Part shown: positions 10,223 to 20,196 of the stretch, piece after piece
Layout of the letters: the number at the start of each line of letters is the position of its first letter
Numbering within the stretch: position 1 is the stretch's first letter
Assembly (NCBI GenBank): GCA_965242525.1
Contig: OZ251459.1
Coordinates: 2,336,001 to 2,400,000 of the forward strand
From: an uncultured Candidatus Binatia bacterium
GTDB lineage: Bacteria; Desulfobacterota; Binatia; UBA9968; JAJDTQ01
Direction of reading: 5' to 3'
Length of the DNA stretch: 64,000 nt
Notes under the pieces: model-generated
Databases searched by the model: none
Seen by the model: only the letters and a program-made list of their open reading frames with translations
Told to the model about the DNA's origin: nothing
Position numbers and translations under genes: made by a program

Positions 10223-11206
10223 TCAACTCCAGGAGCGTTTGCCGGGGCCGAACACGTGGCAGGCGGCGGCGTGGCCGCTGGGGGAGAACTCCAGCTCCGG
10301 CTCCACCTCGGAGCAGACCGGCTCCCGGAACGGACAGCGGGGGTGGAAGTTGCACCCGGAAGGGGGGTTCACCGGGCTCGGCACGTCCCCTTCCAGCACC
10401 ATGCGGTCCTTCTTGGGGTTGGGGTCGGGCATGGGCACCGCGGACAGCAGGGCGCGGGTGTAGGGATGGCGGGAGTCGCTGTAGATGGCCTCGCTGGGGG
10501 CGATCTCCACCACCTTGCCCAGGTACATGATGGCCACCCGGTGGCTCACGTGCTCCACCACCCGCAGGTCGTGGGAGATGAAGAAGTAGGTGAGGCTCAT
10601 GCTCTCCTGCAGCTCCTGCAGGAGGTTGATGATCTGGGCCTGGATGGACACGTCCAGGGACGACACGGGCTCGTCCGCCACGATGAACTTGGGCGACACC
10701 GCCAGGGCCCGGGCGATGCCGATGCGCTGGCGCTGGCCGCCGCTGAACTCGTGGGGGTAGCGGTCGTAGTGGTCCTCCCTGAGACCCACCTGCCGGAGCA
10801 GTCCCATCACCTGCTCCCTGCGCTTGCCGCCGGACGCCATGCGATGGATCTTGAGGCCCTCGCCGATGATCTCGCCGACCCTCATGCGCGGGTTCAGCGA
10901 GGCGTAGGGATCCTGGAATATGATCTGCATGCGCCGGCGCAGGTCGCGCATCTCGGCGTTGGAGATCCGCATGATGTCCTTGTCCTCGAACAGGATCTCG
11001 CCGTCGGTGGGCTCGATCAGCCGGAGTATGGTCCGGCCCAGGGTCGATTTGCCGCACCCGGACTCGCCCACCACCCCCAGGGTCTCCCCTTCCTCCACGG
11101 TGAGGCTTACGCCGTCCACCGCCTTCACGTCGCCCTTGCGGCGGGACAACAGCCCTTCCTCCACCGGGAAGTACTTCTTGAGGTTCCTGATTTCGAGCAG
11201 GCTCAC
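10223..11206 (-). CDS. oppF: Oligopeptide/dipeptide ABC transporter ATP-binding protein
   Basis: [30 protein letters not shown]-terminal GCNFHPRC. Confidence 0.9.
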   Translation of the reverse strand: MSLLEIRNLKKYFPVEEGLLSRRKGDVKAVDGVSLTVEEGETLGVVGESGCGKSTLGRTILRLIEPTDGEILFEDKDIMRISNAEMRDLRRRMQIIFQDPYASLNPRMRVGEIIGEGLKIHRMASGGKRREQVMGLLRQVGLREDHYDRYPHEFSGGQRQRIGIARALAVSPKFIVADEPVSSLDVSIQAQIINLLQELQESMSLTYFFISHDLRVVEHVSHRVAIMYLGKVVEIAPSEAIYSDSRHPYTRALLSAVPMPDPNPKKDRMVLEGDVPSPVNPPSGCNFHPRCPFREPVCSEVEPELEFSPSGHAAACHVFGPGKRSWS

Positions 11207-11210
11207 GGGT

Positions 11211-12173
11211 TCAGTTCGTCCTGTAGCAGGAGACCCATTGATGGCGCCCCTTCTGCTCCAGCGGGGGCTCGTGCCCGGCGCAGATCCCCGACGCCTTGAA
11301 GCAGCGGTCCCGGAAGCGGCACCCGCTGGGCAGTTCCAGGGGACTGGGGACCACCCCCGGTATGGCGTCGAGCCGGCGCCGGCTGGCGCCGCTGGGCAGC
11401 GAGTTCAGCAGGCCGATGGTGTAGGGGTGCAGGGGTTTGCCGAATATGGCCTCGGGCCGTGCGCGCTCCACCATCCGGCCGGCGTACATGATGGCCACCT
11501 CGTCGGCCTGCTCGGCCACCACCCCGAGGTCGTGGGTAATGAGCAGCAGGGCCATGCCGAGCTGGTCCTGGAGCTCGCCCATCAACTCCAGGATCTGGGC
11601 CTGTATGGTCACGTCCAGGGCGGTGGTGGGCTCGTCGGCGATGAGCAGGCTCGGGTTGCACGACAGCGCCATGGCGATCATGACGCGCTGGCGCATGCCG
11701 CCGCTCATCTGGTGCGGGTAGTCGTTGACCCGGAGCCCGGGATCGGCGATCTTCACCAGCCGGAGCATCTCCACCGCCTTGTCGCGGGCCTCCCGCCGGG
11801 TGACCTTCTGGTGGAGGCGGATGGCCTCCATGATCTGGTCCCCGACCGTGAACACCGGGTTCAGCGAGGTCATGGGCTCCTGGAAGACCATGGAGATCTC
11901 GTTGCCGCGGATCTGCCGCATCTCCTCGTCCCGCAGCTTGAGCAGGTCCCGCCCGCGATAGAGGATCTCCCCCGCGGACACCTTCCCCGGAGGGGACGGG
12001 ATCAGCCGCATGATGGAGAGCGCGGTCACGCTCTTGCCGCAGCCCGACTCGCCCACCAGCCCCAGGGTCTTGCCCGCTTCGATGGTGAGGTCCAGGCCGT
12101 CCACCGCCGGCAACTCGCCGTCGGTGGTCACGAAGGATGTGTGGAGGTCCTTGAGTTCGAGCAGTGTCGCCAT
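11211..12173 (-). CDS. oppD: Oligopeptide/dipeptide ABC transporter ATP-binding protein
   Basis: [36 protein letters not shown]. Confidence 0.9.
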   Translation of the reverse strand: MATLLELKDLHTSFVTTDGELPAVDGLDLTIEAGKTLGLVGESGCGKSVTALSIMRLIPSPPGKVSAGEILYRGRDLLKLRDEEMRQIRGNEISMVFQEPMTSLNPVFTVGDQIMEAIRLHQKVTRREARDKAVEMLRLVKIADPGLRVNDYPHQMSGGMRQRVMIAMALSCNPSLLIADEPTTALDVTIQAQILELMGELQDQLGMALLLITHDLGVVAEQADEVAIMYAGRMVERARPEAIFGKPLHPYTIGLLNSLPSGASRRRLDAIPGVVPSPLELPSGCRFRDRCFKASGICAGHEPPLEQKGRHQWVSCYRTN

Positions 12174-12384
12174 GTGGCCGCCGCTCCCTGCCGGCCGGGA
12201 GGAACCCGCAAGCGCGCACTCTACCAAAAATCACCGGGGCTGCAAACGTCCATCGGATGCGCGTCCGGGGCCGGGACCGTCCTCGGCCCGGGAGCAGGAC
12301 AATCCCACGCCCGGGGATAGCACCTGAAGATCTCCATAAATCAGGGGAACCGGAAGGTGGAAGGCGCCAGAAAAACGGGAATGC

Positions 12385-12576
12385 TCAGCCCGAATCCTGC
12401 GAAAGGCGACGATCCGAGAAGAGCCCCTTGATGACCGCAAGAACCAATCCGATAACGGCCACTGCCGTACTGCCGACAACAGCGATCAGAACTTTTCTTC
12501 CTCGGTGGACACGTCAAAGCCCAGGGAATCAGAAAAGACCCTCAAATATCTCTTCAGGTGGCTTCTTGGCCGACAC
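12385..12576 (-). pseudogene. Decayed small membrane protein downstream of the Panacea gene (putative toxin partner remnant)
   Basis: Fragments in three frames: MSAKKPPEEIFEGLF*, DSLGFDVSTEEE and KVLIAVVGSTAVAVIGLVLAVIKGLFSDRRLSQDSG*. Confidence 0.45.
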
Positions 12577-13078
12577 GGTCCCTTTCCATCCTGATCATTC
12601 CTCCAAAGTACTCTTGCATCGTCCCCCGCGGGATAACAAGCCCGATGGGCAGGACTTGACGGAGAAAATCCACCGAGGTGTCCTCTTCCCCTAACGCTTT
12701 GGTAACGGTGTCGTACCAAGGGGAACCTTTTTGATGAGCCATTGCTGACAACCGTATCGTACTCAAGGGACGGTACCCCTTCCAGATCATGTCTATGAAG
12801 TCGTGAGTCTCTCCATCGGAAACGACCGGACTTCCGGCCATGACTCGAGAAATATCCTCCCCTGCATGACCTGCCAACTTATAGTAGAGGGACGGGAAAA
12901 CAGGTCCCCATGTCCATGCTTCAAGAGCTTCCTCGACCAGAGGCTTCCCGTCTTCAAATCCCAAAAACCATCCATGCGCGAAATAGACGAGTTTGTGAAG
13001 TCTCACAATACCCACTTTCTCTTCGTCACGGCTTGCCAAACCAAGGAAACTATGCGCCACCGCAATCGCTGAAGGCAT
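12554..13078 (-). CDS. Panacea/SocA (DUF4065) antitoxin-domain protein
   Basis: RLHKLVYFAHG...EAWTWGPVFPSLY...LSAMAHQKGSPW; lower GC than flanks. Confidence 0.88.
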   Translation of the reverse strand: MPSAIAVAHSFLGLASRDEEKVGIVRLHKLVYFAHGWFLGFEDGKPLVEEALEAWTWGPVFPSLYYKLAGHAGEDISRVMAGSPVVSDGETHDFIDMIWKGYRPLSTIRLSAMAHQKGSPWYDTVTKALGEEDTSVDFLRQVLPIGLVIPRGTMQEYFGGMIRMERDRVGQEAT

Positions 13079-13159
13079 AAAGCGCTCCGTTGGTCGTGAA
13101 GGATCGTTGAACATGGAGAAAACCCATGGGGCCTTTACCTACCATGGACGGAAAAGTCA

Positions 13160-13379
13160 AACCGTTGCCCTCGTCCATGGCGGAACGGAACCGCGAGTCC
13201 CGTTCCAGGTCGATCCGCACCGAGTCCCCGGCGCACCGGTCCAGGACGGTTTCCACCAGCGTCGTCTTCCCCACCTGCCGCGCCCCGTCCAGCAGGAGCA
13301 CCGGCTTGTGGGGCGCGTCGTCGTCGATGAACCGCCTGAGCTCCCGCTCCTGGCGGCGCGGCACGTACAGGTTTGCCAT
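13160..13379 (-). pseudogene. Truncated AAA_14/DUF4143-type ATPase (5' fragment)
   Basis: PVLLLDGARQVGKTTLV Walker A; recognisable sequence ends after about 70 aa at the junction with the low-GC Panacea segment. Confidence 0.75.
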
Positions 13380-13429
13380 ATTCCATACCTCGACGGGGTA
13401 TAGAAAGCCCAATTCCCTGCCGATCCCAA

Positions 13430-13798
13430 GGAAAGCCTGAACGGTCCCGGAGGAAGAGGCGTCCTTCGACTTCGCTTCGCTACGCTCAGGACGAACGGGT
13501 ACAGGAAGGTCACGGGGAGTAATCCCCCATCCGCGGCTCTATTGTTGGCGCTTCCGGAATTCGTGTGGGTTGCGACACTCTCCACGCACGCGATGATGTC
13601 GCTTCCTCCCATTCCGACCATGCCGTCCCCGGTTTGGCGTCGCAGACGCCCCACCCCGCATTCCCGCAGCTACCCACACCCGTCATTCCCGCGAAAGCGG
13701 GAATCCATCCCCGTTCGTCCTGAGCGTAGCGAAGCGAAGTCGAAGGACGCGCTCTTCCTTCGGAATTGTTCAGAGGTTCCCTGATGTTCAGGGTTTCC
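13430..13798. mobile_element. Composite MITE/REP element: two inverted REP cores, a GTCATTCCCGCGAAAGCGGGAATC palindrome and doubled right ends
   Basis: Left end GGAAAGCCTGAAC; right ends GTTCAGAGGTTCC (13780) and GTTCAGGGTTTCC (13798); flanked by CAA/CAA. Confidence 0.7.
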
Positions 13799-13854
13799 CA
13801 AGGGCTTTCCGGTCTGGGCGGAAGCGGAAGGGCCGACCGCGGCGGACGGGGGCG

Positions 13855-14973
13855 CTACAGCAGTTCGACGTTGGCCCGGGGCACGGTCACGGTGCGGCCG
13901 TCCGGCAGGCGCGCGCGCAGGACGCGGGTGCGGGCACCGGTCTCGATGGGCTCGGGCTCGGGGGGCAGCGCCACCACTTCCGCGGCGACGCCGAAGTAGG
14001 GCGCCCGGACGATGCGGACGGGCGCACCGACTCGCAGGCCCGGGGCCGGAGACGGTCCCCGGGACGCGGGCGCCTCGCTCTCGTCCCGGGCGACGATGAT
14101 CTCGGGGCGGACCGCGCCCGCGCGCACCTGGGTGGCGCCGTTGATGGAGGCGGCGCGGCCGTCGAGGCTTCGGAGCAGGGAATGGGTGCGTTCCGCCAGG
14201 GGCAGCCAGCCGAAGCCCTCGGTGACGATGAGGGTCATGGGGACGTCCTCGTGGCCGGTGAGGGCCACGCCCAGGTCGTAACCGAGGTAGCCCCGGAGGG
14301 TGTGGTCGTCCACCGACCCCACCACCATCCCCACCGCGCCGGCCGCGGCCGCCTGCTGCAACGCCGTGAGGCTCGGACAGGTGCCGCCCACCAGCACCTT
14401 GCCGGCCGCGTCCGCGGGTATCGTCTTCGCCCCCACCACGGTCCTGGGGCCGCCGTCCAGTACCCGTATGACGCCGCAGCGTTCGCCGCCGATGCCGAAG
14501 ATCCCCTGGACGAACGCCCCGCGGCTCTCCACCGTGACGGACTTGTCCCGCTCGACCTCCGCCACCGTGCCGGGCAGGTACGCCCGCAGCTCGATGGCGT
14601 GGGCCGCCAGACGAAGCCCCACGTGCCCGGTGCGCGGGGTGACGAACTCCACCACGCCGCTCGCGGGCGCGTGGAACCGCGACCGGAACAGCCCGAACAG
14701 TCCCACGTGCTCGCACAGAAGGCCGCCTTCCGCCACCGGGTCGCCTTCCGCAGCCTTGAGGCCCTTGACCGCCTCGAAGGGTTCGATGCCGAGGCTCTCC
14801 GGGATGCGCAGGATGCGCAGCTCGCCCGGCAGCTCGGCACGGGCCACCACGGTGTCCGGCACCACCGTGTCGCCGACCTCGCAGAGTATCCGCCCGGGCG
14901 CCGGAAGCTCGCGGGTCTTCCGCACCACCGTGTGGTCCTGCACCCGGAGTCCGGGCGTGAACGCCGGCGTCAT
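13855..14973 (-). CDS. Conserved hypothetical protein partnered with the GlmL-like ATPase (barrel-sandwich-like repeats, C-terminal KOW-like motif)
   Basis: MTPAFTPGLRV...VGDTVVPDTVVARAEL...INGATQVRAGAVRPEII...VRIVRAPYFG...VPRANVELL; ATGA overlap with the glmL-like gene. Confidence 0.85.
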   Translation of the reverse strand: MTPAFTPGLRVQDHTVVRKTRELPAPGRILCEVGDTVVPDTVVARAELPGELRILRIPESLGIEPFEAVKGLKAAEGDPVAEGGLLCEHVGLFGLFRSRFHAPASGVVEFVTPRTGHVGLRLAAHAIELRAYLPGTVAEVERDKSVTVESRGAFVQGIFGIGGERCGVIRVLDGGPRTVVGAKTIPADAAGKVLVGGTCPSLTALQQAAAAGAVGMVVGSVDDHTLRGYLGYDLGVALTGHEDVPMTLIVTEGFGWLPLAERTHSLLRSLDGRAASINGATQVRAGAVRPEIIVARDESEAPASRGPSPAPGLRVGAPVRIVRAPYFGVAAEVVALPPEPEPIETGARTRVLRARLPDGRTVTVPRANVELL

Positions 14974-16808
14974 GGCTCCACCAGCCCGAGCCTGGCCATC
15001 ACCGACCGGCGCTCCCCGGCCTGCTCGCGGGCGGACGCCGCGGGCCGGAGCGGGCGGTTGCGGCCGTCGAGGATCACGCCGCAAAGGCCGGCGGTGACGT
15101 CCCGCTCCAGGGGGACGCCGGCGCCGGCCCCCACGTCCACGTCCCGGGCCGCAGGCCGGACGGCGACCCGGACCGGGGCGCCGGGATCCAGCGGGATGCG
15201 GCCGACGACGCCGACGGTGACGGTCCCGGCCCGGGCCCCGTCCACCGAGACCTCGGCCAGCGCCGTCCCCGCAGCCCGTTTCCGCGAGAACACCGGGGCC
15301 GCGGCATGGGCCACGTCCACCAGGCAGTCGTGCAGGAAGACCTCCCGGGCCGCGTCGGGATGGACGGAGGCGAAGACTCCCAGGTGGGGCATCATGAAGA
15401 CCGAGTCCACCGCGATCCGGGTGAAGCCTTGCAACTCGAAACCCTCCAGTATCATGAGCGCGGCGCTCATGCGGTCCGGGGCGTGGCTCAGGACGCCGCC
15501 GGAGCCGATGACCAGGTCCAGGCGCATCATGTCCACCAAGTCCGACCGGCCGGCGGTCTGGGAGAAGATGTCGGCGATGCCGCGCTGCTGCTGCACGCCG
15601 CTCAGGCCCACGGCCAGGGATCGGTGGTGGACCAGGGCCAGGCGCAGCGCCTCGCGGCACACCGCCTGCTCCAGCCACAGGTCCTCCAGGGTCTGGGGGA
15701 TCGAGGTGGGCCGGATCATCTTGTTGCGCAGCCGGTCCCGGACCTCTGCGGGCTCCATGTCGCAGGGCAGCCAGCCGCGGATGGACTCCACCCCGGCCTC
15801 GATGAGCACGTTGGCCACCGAGTAGCTCATGCCCAGGTTGGCGCTGACCGTGCGGTTGAACACCGGCTCGCCTTCCCGGTCGTCGAACACGCTGAAGACG
15901 TCGGTGGTGGCGCCGCCGATATCGACGCACAAGACCGACCGGCCGGTGTCCCCGGCGTAGCCGCGCACCATGTCGCCCACGGCCGCGGGGGTCGGCATGA
16001 CCGGGGCCGGGGTCCATCGCAGCAGCTTGTCGTACCCCGGCGAGTGGCTCATGACGTGGGTGAGGAAGAGGTCGTGGATGGCTTCCCGGGCCGGGGCCAA
16101 GTGCTCCGCCTCCAGTGTCGGGCGCACGTTGTCCACCACCGTCACCCGGGCGGTGTTGTCGAGCAGGCGCCGCACGTCGTCCGCGACGCGGCCGTTGCCG
16201 GCGTAGATCACCGGCAGCTTGAGGGAGTCGCCGAAGCGGGGACGCGGCGCCGCCGCGGCCAGGGTCTCCGCCATCTCCACCACGTGCTCCTGGGACCCTC
16301 CGTCCACGCCGCCGGTGAGCAGCACCATGTCCGGCCTCAGGTGGCGCAGCCGCTGGATGCGTTCGTGGTCCTCGCGCCCGTCGTCCGCGGAGATGGCGTC
16401 CATGACGATGGCGCCGGCGCTCAAGGCGGCCCGTTCCGCGGACTCCGCGCTCATCCGGCGCACCACCCCGGCCACGGTCATCTGGAGCCCGCCGCCGGCC
16501 GAACTGGTGGACAGGTAGAGGTCGATGCCGCGGGCCGGGTCGCCGCCGGACTCGATGAACGGAGGCTCGCCGCCCCTCGCTCCGTCCCGCTGGAGGATGG
16601 CGCGGCCGCTCACTTCCTCCAACTCGGTGAAGGCGTTCAGGGCGCCGACGGTCACGTCGGCCACGGGCTGCTCCACGGTGGTGGGGGCCTCGCCCCGGCG
16701 GGTCTGGCGCCACCCGGCATCGGTCTTCTCGAACAGCAGCGCCTTGGTGGTGGTGGAGCCGCAATCGGTGACCAGCACGGTCCGGAGCGCTGTGGGATCG
16801 GTCTTCAT
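14970..16808 (-). CDS. glmL: Glutamate mutase L (GlmL/MutL)-family ASKHA-fold ATPase
   Basis: TDCGSTTTKA (phosphate 1), STSSAGGGL, MPTPAAV, DIGGATTDVFS (phosphate 2), IGSGGVLSHAP. Confidence 0.85.
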   Translation of the reverse strand: MKTDPTALRTVLVTDCGSTTTKALLFEKTDAGWRQTRRGEAPTTVEQPVADVTVGALNAFTELEEVSGRAILQRDGARGGEPPFIESGGDPARGIDLYLSTSSAGGGLQMTVAGVVRRMSAESAERAALSAGAIVMDAISADDGREDHERIQRLRHLRPDMVLLTGGVDGGSQEHVVEMAETLAAAAPRPRFGDSLKLPVIYAGNGRVADDVRRLLDNTARVTVVDNVRPTLEAEHLAPAREAIHDLFLTHVMSHSPGYDKLLRWTPAPVMPTPAAVGDMVRGYAGDTGRSVLCVDIGGATTDVFSVFDDREGEPVFNRTVSANLGMSYSVANVLIEAGVESIRGWLPCDMEPAEVRDRLRNKMIRPTSIPQTLEDLWLEQAVCREALRLALVHHRSLAVGLSGVQQQRGIADIFSQTAGRSDLVDMMRLDLVIGSGGVLSHAPDRMSAALMILEGFELQGFTRIAVDSVFMMPHLGVFASVHPDAAREVFLHDCLVDVAHAAAPVFSRKRAAGTALAEVSVDGARAGTVTVGVVGRIPLDPGAPVRVAVRPAARDVDVGAGAGVPLERDVTAGLCGVILDGRNRPLRPAASAREQAGERRSVMARLGLVEP

Positions 16809-16992
16809 GGAACGAGACCGGCCATAAGGCCTCTTGACATCATCGGACGATCCGGGTTAGCTTCCGGCAGACACGGGGTTCCGTACATCGAAACCCTGAT
16901 GGCGACGCGACAGAACGAGGACGATACAATGACTTGCCTTGGTCCGGGGTCAGGCCCCATCGTATAGCGCCATCGGATCGCCTCCGCTTCGG

Positions 16993-17514
16993 TCAAGGGC
17001 CCGGCACACGCCTGAAAACCCTTCCGGGAAACTGACGGTCTTTCAGGATACGCACCGTGCCGGTTGCGTTTTCGAGCGTGTCCTTCTGGGACTTCTCGAA
17101 TAGTTGCCAGAGGGCGAGTTTTCTGCCAGAGGGCCAGCCTCTCACGAACTCCAGGTCGAAACTCTCCGCAAACGCGTGAAGCTCCGCTTCATGATGGAAG
17201 TACGACAGGACGATCTCTTCTTCCCGTTCGTCCAGTAGCTCCATTACCTCGATCACTTGGTCGTAGGTGAGATCGTCAGCGGTCGAACGCACCACATGCG
17301 GCGTGTACGACTCGTCCTGCTCGATCTTTTCCCGAATCGAGTCGTTGCGGTCCTTCAACGTTTCCAGGTCGCGGACAGCCTTGCTCGCATGATGATAGAC
17401 CGCGTTGACCAGCTTCCGCCGTCGTCTGCCGCGTGATTCCAGGAAAATGTACGCGCTCAGGCACAGGGCTGCAAACGACACGAACAACGGGACGAATTCC
17501 AGGAACCGCGACAT
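16993..17514 (-). CDS. Hypothetical protein with N-terminal TM helix; lower GC, inserted in the operon
   Basis: 173-aa ORF with GGAG RBS and codon usage unlike its neighbours. Confidence 0.7.
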   Translation of the reverse strand: MSRFLEFVPLFVSFAALCLSAYIFLESRGRRRRKLVNAVYHHASKAVRDLETLKDRNDSIREKIEQDESYTPHVVRSTADDLTYDQVIEVMELLDEREEEIVLSYFHHEAELHAFAESFDLEFVRGWPSGRKLALWQLFEKSQKDTLENATGTVRILKDRQFPGRVFRRVPGP

Positions 17515-17559
17515 GCCGTTATGACTCCTTGCGCCATCCTTCCACGAGAGGACCTGCCG

Positions 17560-18270
17560 CTACAACACCAGGCGCGCCAGCGCGCCGTACCAGTCGATGA
17601 GCAGGAACTGCACCCGTTCCACCAGCAGCGCGGTGCGCGCCATCACCGTGGAGCCGAAGAAGGCGCCGAAGCACACCATCAGGAGCCAGCGCCCGGAAAG
17701 GGACAGGCCGTTGGCGGCCCGGTTCTCGTGCCGGAAGGAGAAGAAGAAGTAGTACATGACCGCCAGCAGGGTGAAGACGAAGAACGTGTTCTCCAGGCTG
17801 CCGCCCAGGGCCAGGGCGCCGTCCTCGAACACCGCCAGCGGCTTGAAGCTGCTGGCCACCTGGGGCAGGATCTGGTTGAAGAACCCCTTGAAGGCGAGCC
17901 CTCCGCTCATGCCCAGTGAGAAGCCGATGACCAGCTTGGCCAGCCACGCGTGCCTCCGGGAGTACAGGAAGTAGTAGAACAGGCCGAAGGCCATGGGCAG
18001 GGCGTAGAGCAGCAGCCGGGGGTCGTACTCGTGGGACACGCTGCCGTCGGGCCAGGTCACGATGTCCAGGCCGAGCATGGGCGACAGCACCTTGGGCCAC
18101 AGGAAGTTCTTGATGCTGAGCACGAGGCCGAAGCCGGCCGCGATGCCGATGAACAGGTGCTCGAACAGCCGGAAGAACGGGTTCTCCCTGATGAGAAAGC
18201 TGAAGATGGCCAGGGTGCCGACGCCGCCCACGAGCACCGTGGCCGCGTGCCAGTAGTCCGCGCTCGTCAT
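17560..18270 (-). CDS. Conserved integral membrane protein (GlmL-associated cluster)
   Basis: TLAIFSFLIRENPFFRLFEHLFIG...GRWLLMVCFGAFFGSTVMAR; about 6 TM. Confidence 0.85.
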   Translation of the reverse strand: MTSADYWHAATVLVGGVGTLAIFSFLIRENPFFRLFEHLFIGIAAGFGLVLSIKNFLWPKVLSPMLGLDIVTWPDGSVSHEYDPRLLLYALPMAFGLFYYFLYSRRHAWLAKLVIGFSLGMSGGLAFKGFFNQILPQVASSFKPLAVFEDGALALGGSLENTFFVFTLLAVMYYFFFSFRHENRAANGLSLSGRWLLMVCFGAFFGSTVMARTALLVERVQFLLIDWYGALARLVL

Positions 18271-19142
18271 GGCCGGGACCTCGGCTTCCGCCGGCGCAGC
18301 AAGCCCGCGGCGTTGCCCAGGACGATGAAGGCGATCACCACGAGCTGGGCCACGCCCAGGCCCGTGTTCAACGTCAGCGATTCGTCCACCGGCCGCTCGG
18401 GGTAGCGCCGGCGCATGAGCTCGGAGTACCACGCCGCCCCGGCCAGGCCGCCGAGCAACCCCTGGATCTGGCCCGAGTCGAGGTAGATGAACGCCTCGGG
18501 GATGGTGATGGAGGTGCAGCCGTGGCCGAAGGCCGGCGTATAGTCCTTGCTGGAGAAGTACTGGACGTAGTTGTCGAAGACCCCCACCAGGCCGGTGAAC
18601 TCGGCCAGGAAGGAGATCTGGCGGAGGGTGCGCAGTCCGCGGAACGCGGGGAGCTCGGAGATGCGGTTGCCGCGGGCGTCCTTCTCGAACAGTTCGGCCA
18701 GGTTCTCCGACTTGGGGATCGCCTGGATGAGGACGCCGGCGCCCGGCCGGTAACCGAGGTTGATCCAGTCGCGGCCGTACTCCCAGGTCTCGCCGGGATG
18801 CTCGCGTTCGAGCTGCCGCGCCACCTCTTCGGGGATGGACTTGAGGAAGGGCTCGGCCAGGTAATAGAGGGAGAACAGGATCACCGGGACGCGCTTGCGC
18901 ATCAGGTGCTCCACCACCACCCGGGCCTGGGGCTGGTTCTCACCCTTGGTGCCGGGGCCGAAGTCCATGGCCACGAACGCGTACCGCCCCGGCTCGGCCC
19001 GGATGCCGTCCACCAGGTCGAAGAACCTGCCGGCGTCGTCCATGCGCGTGGGCTGCACCGTGTAGCCCGCGATGATGGGCGCGCTCAGCGCGAGGAAGAC
19101 CAGCAGGTAGATCCAGCGGCGGTCCAGCCGCGCGAGGTCCAT
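18267..19142 (-). CDS. Conserved membrane-anchored protein (GlmL-associated cluster)
   Basis: LDRRWIYLLVFLAL, YGRDWINLGYRPG, YLDSGQIQGLLGGLAGAAWY; TM at both ends. Confidence 0.85.
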   Translation of the reverse strand: MDLARLDRRWIYLLVFLALSAPIIAGYTVQPTRMDDAGRFFDLVDGIRAEPGRYAFVAMDFGPGTKGENQPQARVVVEHLMRKRVPVILFSLYYLAEPFLKSIPEEVARQLEREHPGETWEYGRDWINLGYRPGAGVLIQAIPKSENLAELFEKDARGNRISELPAFRGLRTLRQISFLAEFTGLVGVFDNYVQYFSSKDYTPAFGHGCTSITIPEAFIYLDSGQIQGLLGGLAGAAWYSELMRRRYPERPVDESLTLNTGLGVAQLVVIAFIVLGNAAGLLRRRKPRSRP

Positions 19143-19143
19143 C

Positions 19144-20196
19144 CTACCGCTCCTCCCGGTCGAAGGACTCCGATTCGATGGAGAACCACATGCGGAACGC
19201 CATGACCAGCCCGGCCACGCCGGCCCCCAGGGTGATGGCCCGGAACGCCGCGGAGTTGGGCACCTCCAGGAGCCACAGCCTCACGTCCGGCAACCCGGAC
19301 CAGATCCACACGCCGAAGGGGATCTGCCCGAGCATGACCACCACCGCCGCGGCCATCATCAGCGAGGACTCCGCGGAGCGCACCCGGAAGGCGCGATAGG
19401 CCGCGGCCGCGATGTAGAACCCCAGGAGCGAGAACATGGCCGACCCCAGGGCCACGAACAGCCCGTCGAAGAGCAGGCCATAGACCCGCTTCGCGGTGGA
19501 GTGCTCGTACTCGTGGTTGCGCAGGTTGCGCCAGGAGTCGGCGAGACCCCGCAGCGCCCGCGCCGCGGCGGTGTTGGCGGCCGCGTCCACCGGCCCTCCG
19601 TCCGCGGTGGCCAGCTCCTCCACCGCGGCCCGCACCGCGGCCACCCCCTCGCCGGCTTCCGCCAGGTATCCCTGTGCGAGGCGTTGGTCGATGCTCCCGG
19701 CCCCGAAGCGGCCGAGGTCGAAACCGGCCATCTCGCCCTCGACCCGGGCCAGCAGCCGGGCCGCGGCCTGCCGGAGCGCGCGGTTGCGTTCCGCCGCGGG
19801 CAGGACCCCGTCCGCCTGCTCCTCGTGGTCCGCCCGGATGCGCTCCGCGAAGTCCCCCAGCCGGGAGACGGCCGCCACGTCCTCCGCCACCCGGCTGGTC
19901 CGGGACCAGTCGTGGAAGGTGACCGCCATCATCACCGCCAGGCCGGAGAGGAGCGCCGCGCTGTAGCCCCAGTCCCTGCGCCGGAAGACGATCTTCGAGC
20001 CGTGCAGCAAGAGCAGGTTGACGAGGCCGAGGCCCACGGCCATGGCGCCGACGGTGATGAAGCCGTTGGAGATGGGGTCGTGGTAGGCGTCGATCTTCAC
20101 CCCGAACAGGGCGTCCGGCAGCACGAACTCCAGGAAGAAGTAGATGCCGCCCAGGAAGGTGACCAGCTTGATGAGGCGCGTGCGGAAGTTCACCAT
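19144..20196 (-). CDS. Conserved integral membrane protein with helical insert (GlmL-associated cluster)
   Basis: MFSLLGFYIAAAAYRAFRVRSAES...VVMLGQIP...VPNSAAFRAITLG. Confidence 0.85.
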   Translation of the reverse strand: MVNFRTRLIKLVTFLGGIYFFLEFVLPDALFGVKIDAYHDPISNGFITVGAMAVGLGLVNLLLLHGSKIVFRRRDWGYSAALLSGLAVMMAVTFHDWSRTSRVAEDVAAVSRLGDFAERIRADHEEQADGVLPAAERNRALRQAAARLLARVEGEMAGFDLGRFGAGSIDQRLAQGYLAEAGEGVAAVRAAVEELATADGGPVDAAANTAAARALRGLADSWRNLRNHEYEHSTAKRVYGLLFDGLFVALGSAMFSLLGFYIAAAAYRAFRVRSAESSLMMAAAVVVMLGQIPFGVWIWSGLPDVRLWLLEVPNSAAFRAITLGAGVAGLVMAFRMWFSIESESFDREER

